NCBI GenBank assembly: GCA_964364175.1
Contig: CAYILR010000020.1
Coordinates: 7,302 to 71,301 of the forward strand
Direction of reading: 5' to 3'
Length of the DNA stretch: 64,000 nt
Source of the DNA: an uncultured Bacteriovoracaceae bacterium
Lineage (GTDB): Bacteria; Bdellovibrionota; UBA1018
A program made the translations under genes and the position numbers. Below the pieces are notes generated by a model that was not told the DNA's origin, ran no database searches, and saw only the letters and a program-made list of their open reading frames with translations. Shown piece after piece: positions 27,512 through 36,544 of the stretch (its first letter is position 1; each line of letters starts with the position of its first letter).

Positions 27512-29205
27512 TGATGAGTTTCATCGGGACTAAACCCCTTCGGGTATGCTTACTCTTTCTTTGGATAGCATCGATGGGGCAGGTGTATGCTCAGGATGCG
27601 GCCGCACCTGCAGCAAGTGCTGACAGCACCGAGCAACAGTTTGAAGGTGGATCCAACAAGGGCATGGGCGCAGTGGCTGTTCCTGGTAAAAAAAATTACA
27701 GACGTTCTCGATTAACTCACGATGAGTCCGAAGGAAAAGCGGACAAGCGCTATGTGTTGCTCGCGACAGGCGAAGATCGAGCGGTCGATCTGGACTTTGA
27801 GGCCAACGCGGGTGCAAACGGAATTTCCATTGGTAACCCTCAAGTGGTGACCACGACGTTGGTGAAAATTGGTGAGAAGCGGCAAATTGTTTTTAAACCT
27901 CTGAAGGCCGGAGAGACCAACGTCACCGTTCGCGACAATGATGGAACATTGAGGCTGATTTTTGCAGTTCGCGTGTCAGGTTCCAATATGCTGAGAAGCG
28001 CGGGTGAGTTGCGCGAATTGCTCAAAGACATTGAAGGCATCGAGATCAAAATCGTGGGTCCGAAAATCATCGTCGATGGGGAGATACTTGTTCCCGGAGA
28101 TTATGCACGCATGATTTCTGTGATTTCAGACCCAGTCTATGCGCCCAATATTATGAATTTGACCACACTTTCTCCCCTGGCGATGACGATGCTCGCAGAA
28201 AGAATCCAACAAGACATCAGCACTTTCGCGGAGAACGTCAAAACTCGAGTGGTCAATGGGATGATTTTTTTGGAGGGAGAAGTTGACGACGTGGATAAAG
28301 CCAGGCGCGCAGCTGAGGTCGCCAAGCTGTACCTGCCTGAAGCAAAACCAGGAAACCCGATTCAAAGCCGAGATCCGACTGCGCAAGTGATTCAAAATCG
28401 CGGTTTGGTTCAAAACTTCATCGTTGTGACACCTCCGCCGCCTAAGAAACAAGAAAAATTAGTTCGTGTGACCATTCATTTTGTCGAGTTGGCGAAGGAT
28501 TACACCAAAGTATTCGGGTTCAAATGGCAGCCGGGATTCACCGCGGACCCACAAATCACAATTGGAACCACTCAAACAGGTGGCACAGGTGCGCAGGCGA
28601 ATGGCAGCAACGGAAACGCTTCTTTTACCGCAACGATTTCCAGCTTGTTCCCAAAGCTCAGCAACGCTCAAAACGCAGGTTATGCCAGAATTTTAAAAAC
28701 AGGCACTCTGATGACTCGCAGCGGACAGCCCGCCACGCTCAATGAACAAACTAATATTCCATTCAGTGTCATGGGACCCAACGGACAGGCCGCCTCCACT
28801 CAAGCGAATGTGGGCTTGACGGTTGCTGTTACTCCTCTGATCCTAGGGCAAAGCGAAGATATTCAGCTCGATTTAGATCTGAACCAAATCAATCTGACTG
28901 GAAAAAGCGGATCGGTTCCCATTACCGCCTCGCATGCGATCAAAACAAAACTCTATGTAAAATCCAGCGAGAGCGCTGCTGTCGCTGGTGTGATTTCGCA
29001 AGACGTCGGAACTGATTTCAACAAGGACGATCCGAGCGCCGTTGCCCAGGGTGGGCAGACGAGTCCGCTGTTCACGCTCATGCATTCGAAGTCCTACCGA
29101 AAAAAGAAATCCCAATTCGTTATTTTTGTGACTCCACAAATCATCGAAAACGCATCTGACGGCAGCGATGATATGAAGAAAAATTTCAGAGTGAAGGTGA
29201 AATAA
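27508..29205 (+). CDS. cpaC: Tad secretin CpaC/RcpA
   Basis: It has a signal peptide and a C-terminal secretin domain (LFTLMHSKSYRKKKSQFVIFVTPQII). Confidence 0.85.
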   Translation: MMMSFIGTKPLRVCLLFLWIASMGQVYAQDAAAPAASADSTEQQFEGGSNKGMGAVAVPGKKNYRRSRLTHDESEGKADKRYVLLATGEDRAVDLDFEANAGANGISIGNPQVVTTTLVKIGEKRQIVFKPLKAGETNVTVRDNDGTLRLIFAVRVSGSNMLRSAGELRELLKDIEGIEIKIVGPKIIVDGEILVPGDYARMISVISDPVYAPNIMNLTTLSPLAMTMLAERIQQDISTFAENVKTRVVNGMIFLEGEVDDVDKARRAAEVAKLYLPEAKPGNPIQSRDPTAQVIQNRGLVQNFIVVTPPPPKKQEKLVRVTIHFVELAKDYTKVFGFKWQPGFTADPQITIGTTQTGGTGAQANGSNGNASFTATISSLFPKLSNAQNAGYARILKTGTLMTRSGQPATLNEQTNIPFSVMGPNGQAASTQANVGLTVAVTPLILGQSEDIQLDLDLNQINLTGKSGSVPITASHAIKTKLYVKSSESAAVAGVISQDVGTDFNKDDPSAVAQGGQTSPLFTLMHSKSYRKKKSQFVIFVTPQIIENASDGSDDMKKNFRVKVK

Positions 29206-29206
29206 A

Positions 29207-31369
29207 ATGGCGGGACATTTAATCGCAGTTGTAGGCGGAAAGGGTGGGGTTGGAAAAAGCGTCTTCGCTGCCAATCTTGCTATTGCGCACTTACAGAACT
29301 TTAAACAAAGACCATTGATCATAGATCTGGATCTTTCCAGTTTGGGTGATCAGAATATTATTCTTGGCCAGAATCCACCCAAAACGATCATTGAACTCAC
29401 CAAGGCACAAGGAATTAGCATCGATCCCAAAGGGCTTGCACCGTTTATGCTAAACGCGCCTGCAGGATATTCTTTTATCGGTGCACCCAAAGATGCGATT
29501 CTCGCTCGCGATTTGGACATGGATGGCCTGGGACGGCTGATGAAATCTATTACCAATGTATTTAATTTGGTGGTTGTGGATTGTGGAAATGGAATGGATC
29601 CCCATGCACTAAAAGTCATGGAATATGCCACGGCAATTTTTGTGGTGACTACAGCAGACGTGATTGTCATCAACCAAACCAAGAGAATTCTGACTAAGAT
29701 TCAAGAGCTGCTTTTTCCGCCAGAAATGGTTCAAATTGTGATCAATAGATATTCCGCAAATAGCATCGTCAATCCACAGCTGATTCAGAAAAACCTGGGT
29801 CGAGCTATTTTCGGAGCAATCCCCGATGATCCCATGACAGCAGATAGCTCGCTGGCAAAAAGCACGCCGATTTGCCTGGCAGTGCCGAGTTCTCCCTCGG
29901 CCAAGGCGTATCATGAGATGGTTCGAAAAATGCAACAAGTGGGGTTGCTGGATAAATTAGCGCAACTCAAAAAGCCAACAGGCGTTGTTGCAAAAGCAGC
30001 AGCGGGTGCAGGCGGTGCTGAAGCGCCTAAGGAAGGTTCTCAAGCTGCGGGAGGTCCGGGTGGACGAAGTTCTTCGGCCGCAGCGGATCCATGGACTTCG
30101 ATGAAATTGAGAATTCACAAAGGTCTAGTGGAGCAGATGGATCTTAAGAAAATGACTACGAATACGGATGATCCCAAGCAAAAATCCATCCTGAGAGAAA
30201 AAACACAAAAAGTAATCTTGGATATTTTGGCAGTGGAGGATGCTGGAGCCCTTTTGGGAACTCGTGAGCTGAAGGCGCAAATTGTGAAAGAAGTCCTGGA
30301 TGAGGCTTTGGGGCTTGGTCCCCTCGAGGACTTTCTCGCTGACGATAGCGTGACTGAAATTATGGTCAACGCAAGAAATCAAATTTATCTCGAAAAAGCC
30401 GGCAAGGCCATGCTCTCAAAAATAACTTTTTCGAGCGAGCTTCAAATGATGAACATTGTAGAACGGATTGTGACACCGCTCGGGCGTCGCGTGGACGAGA
30501 AAGTTCCCTATTGCGACGCTCGTTTGCAGGATGGGTCTCGAGTGCATGTGATTATCCCTCCTTTGGCGCTTCGAGGGCCAACTATTACAATTCGAAAATT
30601 TCCAAAAAAGAGAATTTTGCCAGAAGACTTGGTGACCTTCGGATCGATGACTCAGGAGATTTGTGATTTCCTCCGATGTTGTGTCGAGGCAAAATTAAAT
30701 ATTGTGGTTTCTGGTGGTACTGGATCAGGAAAAACTACTTTGCTGAACGTGCTATCCAGCTTTATTCCAGCGACAGAGCGTATCATTACTGTGGAGGATT
30801 CCGCAGAGCTTCAGTTGGTTCAGGATCATGTGGTTCGTCTCGAAACACGACCCAAGAACATTGAAGGTGAGGGTGAAGTCAGTATTCGAGATTTGATTAA
30901 ATGCTGCCTCCGAATGAGGCCAGATCGTATCGTAGTCGGTGAGTGTCGGGGCGGAGAGACGCTGGATATGTTGCAGGCAATGAATACAGGGCACTCAGGA
31001 TCCCTCACGACGTTGCATGCCAATAATCCTCGCGAGTGCCTGGGTCGTATCGAGACACTGTGTATGATGGCAGGATTGGCGCTGCCACTCAAAGCAATTC
31101 GAGAAACATCAGCGGCGGCCGTCAATTTGATTATTCAACAAAGTAGATTGAATGATGGAGCCAGAAAGGTGACTTACATCACTGAGGTCACCGGGATGCA
31201 GGGCGAGGTCATTAGCTTGCAGGATATTTTCTTATTTAAACAAGAGGGGCTTGATAAAAAAAGGAAAATCATCGGTCGATTTGTTCCTACCGGGTTTATT
31301 CCGAAATTTGTTGAGGATATGGAAGCTAAGGGTATGAAAATTTCTAGAGGACTTTTTGCCGCAAAATAA
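29207..31369 (+). CDS. Fusion protein: N-terminal MinD/ParA-like CpaE(TadZ) ATPase domain plus C-terminal CpaF/TadA secretion ATPase
   Basis: Residues 1-260 carry a deviant Walker A (GGKGGVGKS). After a Gly/Ala-rich linker, residues 300-720 form a complete CpaF with Walker A GGTGSGKTT and the motif GHSGSLTTLHANNPRE. The reading frame is continuous for 720 codons. Confidence 0.8.
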   Translation: MAGHLIAVVGGKGGVGKSVFAANLAIAHLQNFKQRPLIIDLDLSSLGDQNIILGQNPPKTIIELTKAQGISIDPKGLAPFMLNAPAGYSFIGAPKDAILARDLDMDGLGRLMKSITNVFNLVVVDCGNGMDPHALKVMEYATAIFVVTTADVIVINQTKRILTKIQELLFPPEMVQIVINRYSANSIVNPQLIQKNLGRAIFGAIPDDPMTADSSLAKSTPICLAVPSSPSAKAYHEMVRKMQQVGLLDKLAQLKKPTGVVAKAAAGAGGAEAPKEGSQAAGGPGGRSSSAAADPWTSMKLRIHKGLVEQMDLKKMTTNTDDPKQKSILREKTQKVILDILAVEDAGALLGTRELKAQIVKEVLDEALGLGPLEDFLADDSVTEIMVNARNQIYLEKAGKAMLSKITFSSELQMMNIVERIVTPLGRRVDEKVPYCDARLQDGSRVHVIIPPLALRGPTITIRKFPKKRILPEDLVTFGSMTQEICDFLRCCVEAKLNIVVSGGTGSGKTTLLNVLSSFIPATERIITVEDSAELQLVQDHVVRLETRPKNIEGEGEVSIRDLIKCCLRMRPDRIVVGECRGGETLDMLQAMNTGHSGSLTTLHANNPRECLGRIETLCMMAGLALPLKAIRETSAAAVNLIIQQSRLNDGARKVTYITEVTGMQGEVISLQDIFLFKQEGLDKKRKIIGRFVPTGFIPKFVEDMEAKGMKISRGLFAAK

Positions 31370-31381
31370 GGTGAACTTGAA

Positions 31382-32242
31382 ATGAAAGTTTTAGGATTAT
31401 CACTATTGGGGATAGCGATTTTTTCTATTTCCTATATTTACAGTAAAAGATTTTTGGAATGGATGCGATTTCAGTCTCTTGGAACCAGAGACTATCTGGT
31501 TGAAAAACTGGCGTCGATGTTCATCGAAGTTTCTCCTGAGAAAGTATTGATGTATTTGGTGGGCGCTAGTGTTTTTGTGGGTGGTATTTTCTTTATTCTC
31601 CTTCTCCCGAACGTTCTATTAGGTTTGTTGATTGGCGGCATTTTTGGATCTCTGGTTTGGAAAATTCCCAGGCCAGTGGTCGACAAAATGTACGAAAAGC
31701 GCGTCGACAAATTTGTCCTTCAGATGGTGGACGGATTGGGATTGATGTCTAATGGGCTCAAGTCCGGGCTGTCTGTTGTGCAAGCTTTGGGTCTGGTCGC
31801 TCAGGAAATGCCAAACCCCATTCAGCAGGAATTCAATTTGATCCTGAGCGAGAACAAAGTGGGGGTATCCATCGAGGATGCATTCTTGAATCTATCAAAA
31901 AGGATCAAGGCGGACGACGTGGAGATGTTTGTGACCTCGATCAATATTTTGAAGGAGACCGGCGGAAATTTGGCGGAAACTTTCGATACGATTGTCGTTA
32001 CCATCCGAGAACGGATCAAGGTTCAGGCCAAAATATCGTCCATGGTCGCGCAAGGATTTTACCAGGGTGTCTTTGTGATGATGATTCCTCCCATATTGGG
32101 CGTGGTTTTTTACCAAACTGATCCCGAATTCATGAAACCCCTCTTCACAACTGCGATTGGATGGGGGATGATTTTGTTGATGGTCATTTTGGAGACGATC
32201 GGATTTTTTGTGATTATGCATATTATCAAAATTGAGGTTTGA
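31382..32242 (+). CDS. tadB: Tad pilus assembly protein TadB (T2SS-F family)
   Basis: It has a T2SS-F domain, three TM helices, and is a paralog of tadC. Confidence 0.8.
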   Translation: MKVLGLSLLGIAIFSISYIYSKRFLEWMRFQSLGTRDYLVEKLASMFIEVSPEKVLMYLVGASVFVGGIFFILLLPNVLLGLLIGGIFGSLVWKIPRPVVDKMYEKRVDKFVLQMVDGLGLMSNGLKSGLSVVQALGLVAQEMPNPIQQEFNLILSENKVGVSIEDAFLNLSKRIKADDVEMFVTSINILKETGGNLAETFDTIVVTIRERIKVQAKISSMVAQGFYQGVFVMMIPPILGVVFYQTDPEFMKPLFTTAIGWGMILLMVILETIGFFVIMHIIKIEV

Positions 32243-33924
32243 AAATGAGGTCAGAGAATATGAAAAAATTATGCGTCATTTTGTTGACTGTTTTTGCAGC
32301 TCAAGCTGCAGAAGCGAATGTGAGCCTGAAAAACGGGAATTTTTTCATTGGATACACAGATCTCATTTATTCTGGTGGATTTGAGCCGAAGGTCGAGCGG
32401 GTTTATAATTCCAAGACGGCTCACAATGGGATGTTTGGACATGGATGGGGCAATGAATACGAAGTCTATTTGTCCGTAGGACCTGACGGCAGCGTCACTG
32501 TGCACGAGTACGGTGGAGGTGCAGAAAATAGATTCACTCCAGTCGGATTCAAGGGTGACGATGTAAAAGCAGCGGTGGAAAAAATTGCGGCTGCTGCAAA
32601 AAAAGTGGGTGGAATCGGCAGCAATGATCAGCTGGACGGGTACAAAAAGAGACTTTTGTCGGATGCCAGCTTTAGAAATGAGGAGTGGGAGAAATATCAT
32701 AAGCAGGGCAAGTTGGAGGCTAAGACCCTTGCCGACGGCACCCAATTGCAGTCAGTTCAGTTCAACTACCAATACATCACTAAAGTTAAATCAGGCTATG
32801 TGCGCAGCTTTGAGAGCGGGAAATCAGAATTTTTTGATGCCAGAGGGCACTTGAGCAAAATTTCTGATAAAAACAATAACTACATTAATTTGACCTATAG
32901 CCAAGACGGAAAACTTCAAAAGATCGTCGACAATTTCAATCGAAAAATTTTCTTCACATTCAACAACAAAGGAAAAGTGGAGAAAATTCAAGGTGATGAT
33001 GGGAAAGAGGCAACCTACAAGTACAACGACGAGGGAGAGCTAGCTTATAGCAAGGACGTGGATGGCAATGTCTACAATCACAAATACTCCAGCGATCATT
33101 TTCACAACATGACAGAGATTGCCTACGCAGATAAAACTGCGTTGCAAATTGCTTATTATGACCGGGATAAATTCCAGAACGTAAAAAGCATCAAAGATCG
33201 TGATGGCAGCATGACCAGCTATGAGTACAGCATGGATAAGTCTGCAGGCCGCACAGCTGTTTCTGTAAAAGTCGTTTCAGCTGACAAGAAATTAATTTCA
33301 GAGAGCCGTTATGAGTATTACACCAAAAGCAAAGGCGATGGCGAGCCCTGGACATACAAAATGATCGCTGTGATCGATGGAGATAAAACTGAAACAGTCT
33401 ATAATGAGTCTGCCGGTCTGCCCGTCTCCATAAAAAAGGGAGATGAGGAAGTTTCATTCGATTACGATGCAAAAGGCCGAGTGACCAAGAAAGTTGCTTC
33501 GAACGAAGTGACAGAGTTGACCTACGATAAAAATGCCGGAAAAGTCAGTCGAGTGGTTCGTTATCCTAAATCGAGCCCCAAGCAATCGGTGTGGTCAGAC
33601 TTTCAGTACGACGATAAAGGCAATTTACTGACCGCGAAAAATTCTGCAAGCAAGGCAGTGAGATTATTTTATGATACCAACGGTCGAATCAAGAGCATGG
33701 TGGATCAAGATAAGAAACGAATCGATTTCAAATATAACGAGCACTCGAAGCCTGTGGAAATTATTTACCAATCCTTGGGTTCGATCACTGTGACCTATGG
33801 AAGCAATGGGGATATCAAAAAAGTAGAAAGCTCCGCTGGCAGGAAAATTGCGCTTCAGGTGACGTCTGCATTCCAGAATCTATTGGAAATTATTAAACCG
33901 GCAGGTGTGAATCTGTCATTCTAA
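32239..33924 (+). CDS. Secreted YD-repeat (RHS-repeat-like) protein, translationally coupled to tadB
   Basis: It has a signal peptide and multiple Y-x-YD-x-x-G-(R/K)-L type repeats (FDARGHLSKI, YKYNDEGELAYS, FDYDAKGRVTKK, YDTNGRIKSM). It overlaps tadB by 4 bp. Confidence 0.65.
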   Translation: MKMRSENMKKLCVILLTVFAAQAAEANVSLKNGNFFIGYTDLIYSGGFEPKVERVYNSKTAHNGMFGHGWGNEYEVYLSVGPDGSVTVHEYGGGAENRFTPVGFKGDDVKAAVEKIAAAAKKVGGIGSNDQLDGYKKRLLSDASFRNEEWEKYHKQGKLEAKTLADGTQLQSVQFNYQYITKVKSGYVRSFESGKSEFFDARGHLSKISDKNNNYINLTYSQDGKLQKIVDNFNRKIFFTFNNKGKVEKIQGDDGKEATYKYNDEGELAYSKDVDGNVYNHKYSSDHFHNMTEIAYADKTALQIAYYDRDKFQNVKSIKDRDGSMTSYEYSMDKSAGRTAVSVKVVSADKKLISESRYEYYTKSKGDGEPWTYKMIAVIDGDKTETVYNESAGLPVSIKKGDEEVSFDYDAKGRVTKKVASNEVTELTYDKNAGKVSRVVRYPKSSPKQSVWSDFQYDDKGNLLTAKNSASKAVRLFYDTNGRIKSMVDQDKKRIDFKYNEHSKPVEIIYQSLGSITVTYGSNGDIKKVESSAGRKIALQVTSAFQNLLEIIKPAGVNLSF

Positions 33925-33954
33925 TGTGAATGTCATTAATCAGGAGGAAAGATC

Positions 33955-34155
33955 ATGAAAAGGAACATAACTATTCTAATTTTAAGTGCGTGGCTGGTGA
34001 GTGCAGGGATTTGCCTCGCAGATGAAACCAGTCCTCGATGTGATGCTCGAGCTGGCAATGCGGGAAACAAACCAGGAACTGTGCCAGCAGGAACTTCGAC
34101 TCAAGGCAACCAGGGTTCGACATCAGCCGATAGACCCACTCCGACCCATAGCTGA
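33955..34155 (+). CDS. Small secreted low-complexity protein
   Basis: A strong AGGAGG RBS lies 9 nt upstream, and the product has a signal peptide. Confidence 0.35.
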   Translation: MKRNITILILSAWLVSAGICLADETSPRCDARAGNAGNKPGTVPAGTSTQGNQGSTSADRPTPTHS

Positions 34156-34173
34156 TCTGCTGGGCCTGGGCCC

Positions 34174-35427
34174 TTAGCTCGCCTCTCGCTTAGTCATTTG
34201 CTCGGTCAGGTTGTTGACCAATCCGGCTGCTTCCTTGACTGCCATAAAGTCCTTCTTGGAAATGGCTCGCATGCAGCCGCGCAGAATTTCCGGATTGAAT
34301 TGACGCGGAAACGTCCCAGACTTTTCAAGTGCTTTGAGTGCTTGAACCGCCTCTTCTAAACCGCGCTTTTTACCATCCCAGCGGCCAGAACACATGGAAT
34401 CTATCAAATCGGCAACTGCAATCAATTGAGAGAAGTCGTTGATGTCGAAGCTTCTGATTTTTCCAGGATAGCCGCTGCCATCAAATTTTTCGTGATGCTG
34501 CCCAACATAGAGACGAATTTTTTCTGATAGTTCTGGCGCCAACTCCTGAATCATGTCGACAGAAAGCGAAACATGCTTCTCGTATTCTCCAGAGAGCGCT
34601 GGGTTGGATAGCGAGCTCCAAAGCAAGGATGCGTTTTCTTGTTTCATTTGGCCCAGTCCCACATCGTGAAGCAGTCCGGCCGTCGCAAGCTCCCACAAAT
34701 CAGTTCTTTGAATGTTTCCGAAAGACATAGCGAATAGAACGGCAAGAGTGCCCACATTGGCTGAGTGTTCCAGGTCTTTGTCCTGGTGTGCGCTTTCCCA
34801 GATTTGGTCTAAGACGGCCTTAGTTTCTTTTTTTAATTCAGGCGGTGGTGCTACAAAGTGTTTTACAAAATCCCTGGCATCGTCTTTTTTCTGGCTGTCA
34901 GCTTTTTTATCGGCTTCATTTTTACTTTCTGGCCCAAAAGTTTGCTGGAGAACGTCATGTGCTGCTTCCGATATGGCTTTCTTTTTCTGCTCTTCTGTCA
35001 ACTCTTTGGATTCCGCAATTTCAACGCTGGCTACCGCTGCAGGAGGTGCTGAGGGGGTCTCCTTCTCCTCTTCGACAGGGGGAGGAGGTGGCTCTGCTTT
35101 TGTCGAGGCTGCGACGGTTTCTTGGGTACTCACGGGGGGAGGTGCGTTTGTCTTTGCATCGGTCTGTAAAGCGATTTCTGCTGGCCCCTTTTCGCTGAGA
35201 TAAGCCAAGTAGGCCTCTTTTTCAGAGTGATGAATCCAGATTTTTTGGATTCCTCGCTTGGAATAGTCAGCAATAAATTCATCAGTAGGGGAAAAACCTT
35301 CTTTTCTCCAAAGCAGGACATGGTTATTGCTTTCAAAATAGAGATAAATATCGAAAGTGATCGGAACGAAGGGCTTGATATTTCCTAATTCAATACTGAA
35401 GTAGTCGCGAATATCCCTGGATTTCAT
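34174..35427 (-). CDS. HD-GYP domain phosphodiesterase (c-di-GMP)
   Basis: The HD motif LLHDVGLG and the GYP motif HHEKFDGSGYP are present. The N-terminal regulatory domain and a Pro/Glu-rich linker are unusual. Confidence 0.75.
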   Translation of the reverse strand: MKSRDIRDYFSIELGNIKPFVPITFDIYLYFESNNHVLLWRKEGFSPTDEFIADYSKRGIQKIWIHHSEKEAYLAYLSEKGPAEIALQTDAKTNAPPPVSTQETVAASTKAEPPPPPVEEEKETPSAPPAAVASVEIAESKELTEEQKKKAISEAAHDVLQQTFGPESKNEADKKADSQKKDDARDFVKHFVAPPPELKKETKAVLDQIWESAHQDKDLEHSANVGTLAVLFAMSFGNIQRTDLWELATAGLLHDVGLGQMKQENASLLWSSLSNPALSGEYEKHVSLSVDMIQELAPELSEKIRLYVGQHHEKFDGSGYPGKIRSFDINDFSQLIAVADLIDSMCSGRWDGKKRGLEEAVQALKALEKSGTFPRQFNPEILRGCMRAISKKDFMAVKEAAGLVNNLTEQMTKREAS

Positions 35428-36488
35428 GTCTTGACACCAACTCCGCCGGATTTCATCTCTTGCACTAATTTTTCGCTGTCCTTGAGCTTTTGTTCCAAGC
35501 TGCGAATTCGCTCATCTAGGGGATTCTTGGATGACAAAGGTTCTCCGACTGCAGTTTCCTTTACCAAAGCCACTGACAAGGGTTCGATCCAGAATGTTTT
35601 CAGCTCATCAGGGTTTTCGAGCGAGGGAGCGTGAGCGCTGAACCCTGCAATCATTTCCACTTGCCGTGTTTCAGGGATGAAATGCACACGAAGCCAATCC
35701 GTCGCTTTTCTCAGAAGATAAGCAGCACTCCATGTGGGAGATAAGTTTGGCCAGAAACAGGACAATGCATCTTTGGGGGAATTCCATCCAGCCATGGTGA
35801 ATACGAATCGAAATACAAGCGAATGAGCATCGCCTGAAATATTCAGAGCTCCCTTGGATTGAGAAGAAAGATTGAAAGACAACAAAGCGATGAGGGCAGA
35901 CTGAATTTGCAATGAGCGGGAATTCCAGGGGGCTTGTTCCAGCAAGACCAAGTCACTCATCAATTTTCCAGCGAAAGTGGGGCTATGGGTTTCAACTTCA
36001 GTGAACCAGATTTTTGATTTTTCATCCAAAATCGGTTCAATTCCCCAACGTAATTTGTCAGATGCCACAGCCAGGGTCATTCGGATGGATTCTTCCCTGG
36101 ATATTTTATAGTAATCCAGAATAATTGCTCGATTCTGCCCCGCCTGCTCGCCTAGCTCGTAAGGCATCACGCGATCTCCAAAATAACCCGCAAAAGTTGG
36201 CCCGCTAGTTCGAGTCAAACCGTAAAAAGCCTCTATTTTGCTCCATGCCAAGTAGCGGTACCAGGGCACCAATACGAGATGAAAAGGTTCTTTCGCTGCC
36301 TCCAGCGACTTCAGAACACCTGCCTCGTCACTATCGGCAGGAAGGTATTGGATATTCGCGTAGGCACCGAGCGAGTAAAATGCGCGGTCAAGAATTTGAC
36401 CCCTCTCGCGGGAAAGCCTGGAATCGCTTAAAATAGCTATTCTGGGTTGGCCTGGACTCATCATATCCGGATCGGATTTTTTAAACAA
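35424..36488 (-). CDS. Hypothetical protein coupled to the HD-GYP gene
   Basis: It overlaps the HD-GYP gene by 4 bp. I recognise no known domain. Confidence 0.45.
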   Translation of the reverse strand: MFKKSDPDMMSPGQPRIAILSDSRLSRERGQILDRAFYSLGAYANIQYLPADSDEAGVLKSLEAAKEPFHLVLVPWYRYLAWSKIEAFYGLTRTSGPTFAGYFGDRVMPYELGEQAGQNRAIILDYYKISREESIRMTLAVASDKLRWGIEPILDEKSKIWFTEVETHSPTFAGKLMSDLVLLEQAPWNSRSLQIQSALIALLSFNLSSQSKGALNISGDAHSLVFRFVFTMAGWNSPKDALSCFWPNLSPTWSAAYLLRKATDWLRVHFIPETRQVEMIAGFSAHAPSLENPDELKTFWIEPLSVALVKETAVGEPLSSKNPLDERIRSLEQKLKDSEKLVQEMKSGGVGVKT

Positions 36489-36544
36489 AGTTTAAAATTT
36501 ATAAGCGTGAAACTTCGGATAAAGTTAAGCTATCCTATAATGGA

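Noticed and set aside
34126-34140. Third occurrence of the CATCAGCCG motif near the small secreted gene
   Set aside because: Only the first 9 nt match (CATCAGCCGATAG) and it lacks dyad symmetry, so the match is coincidental.
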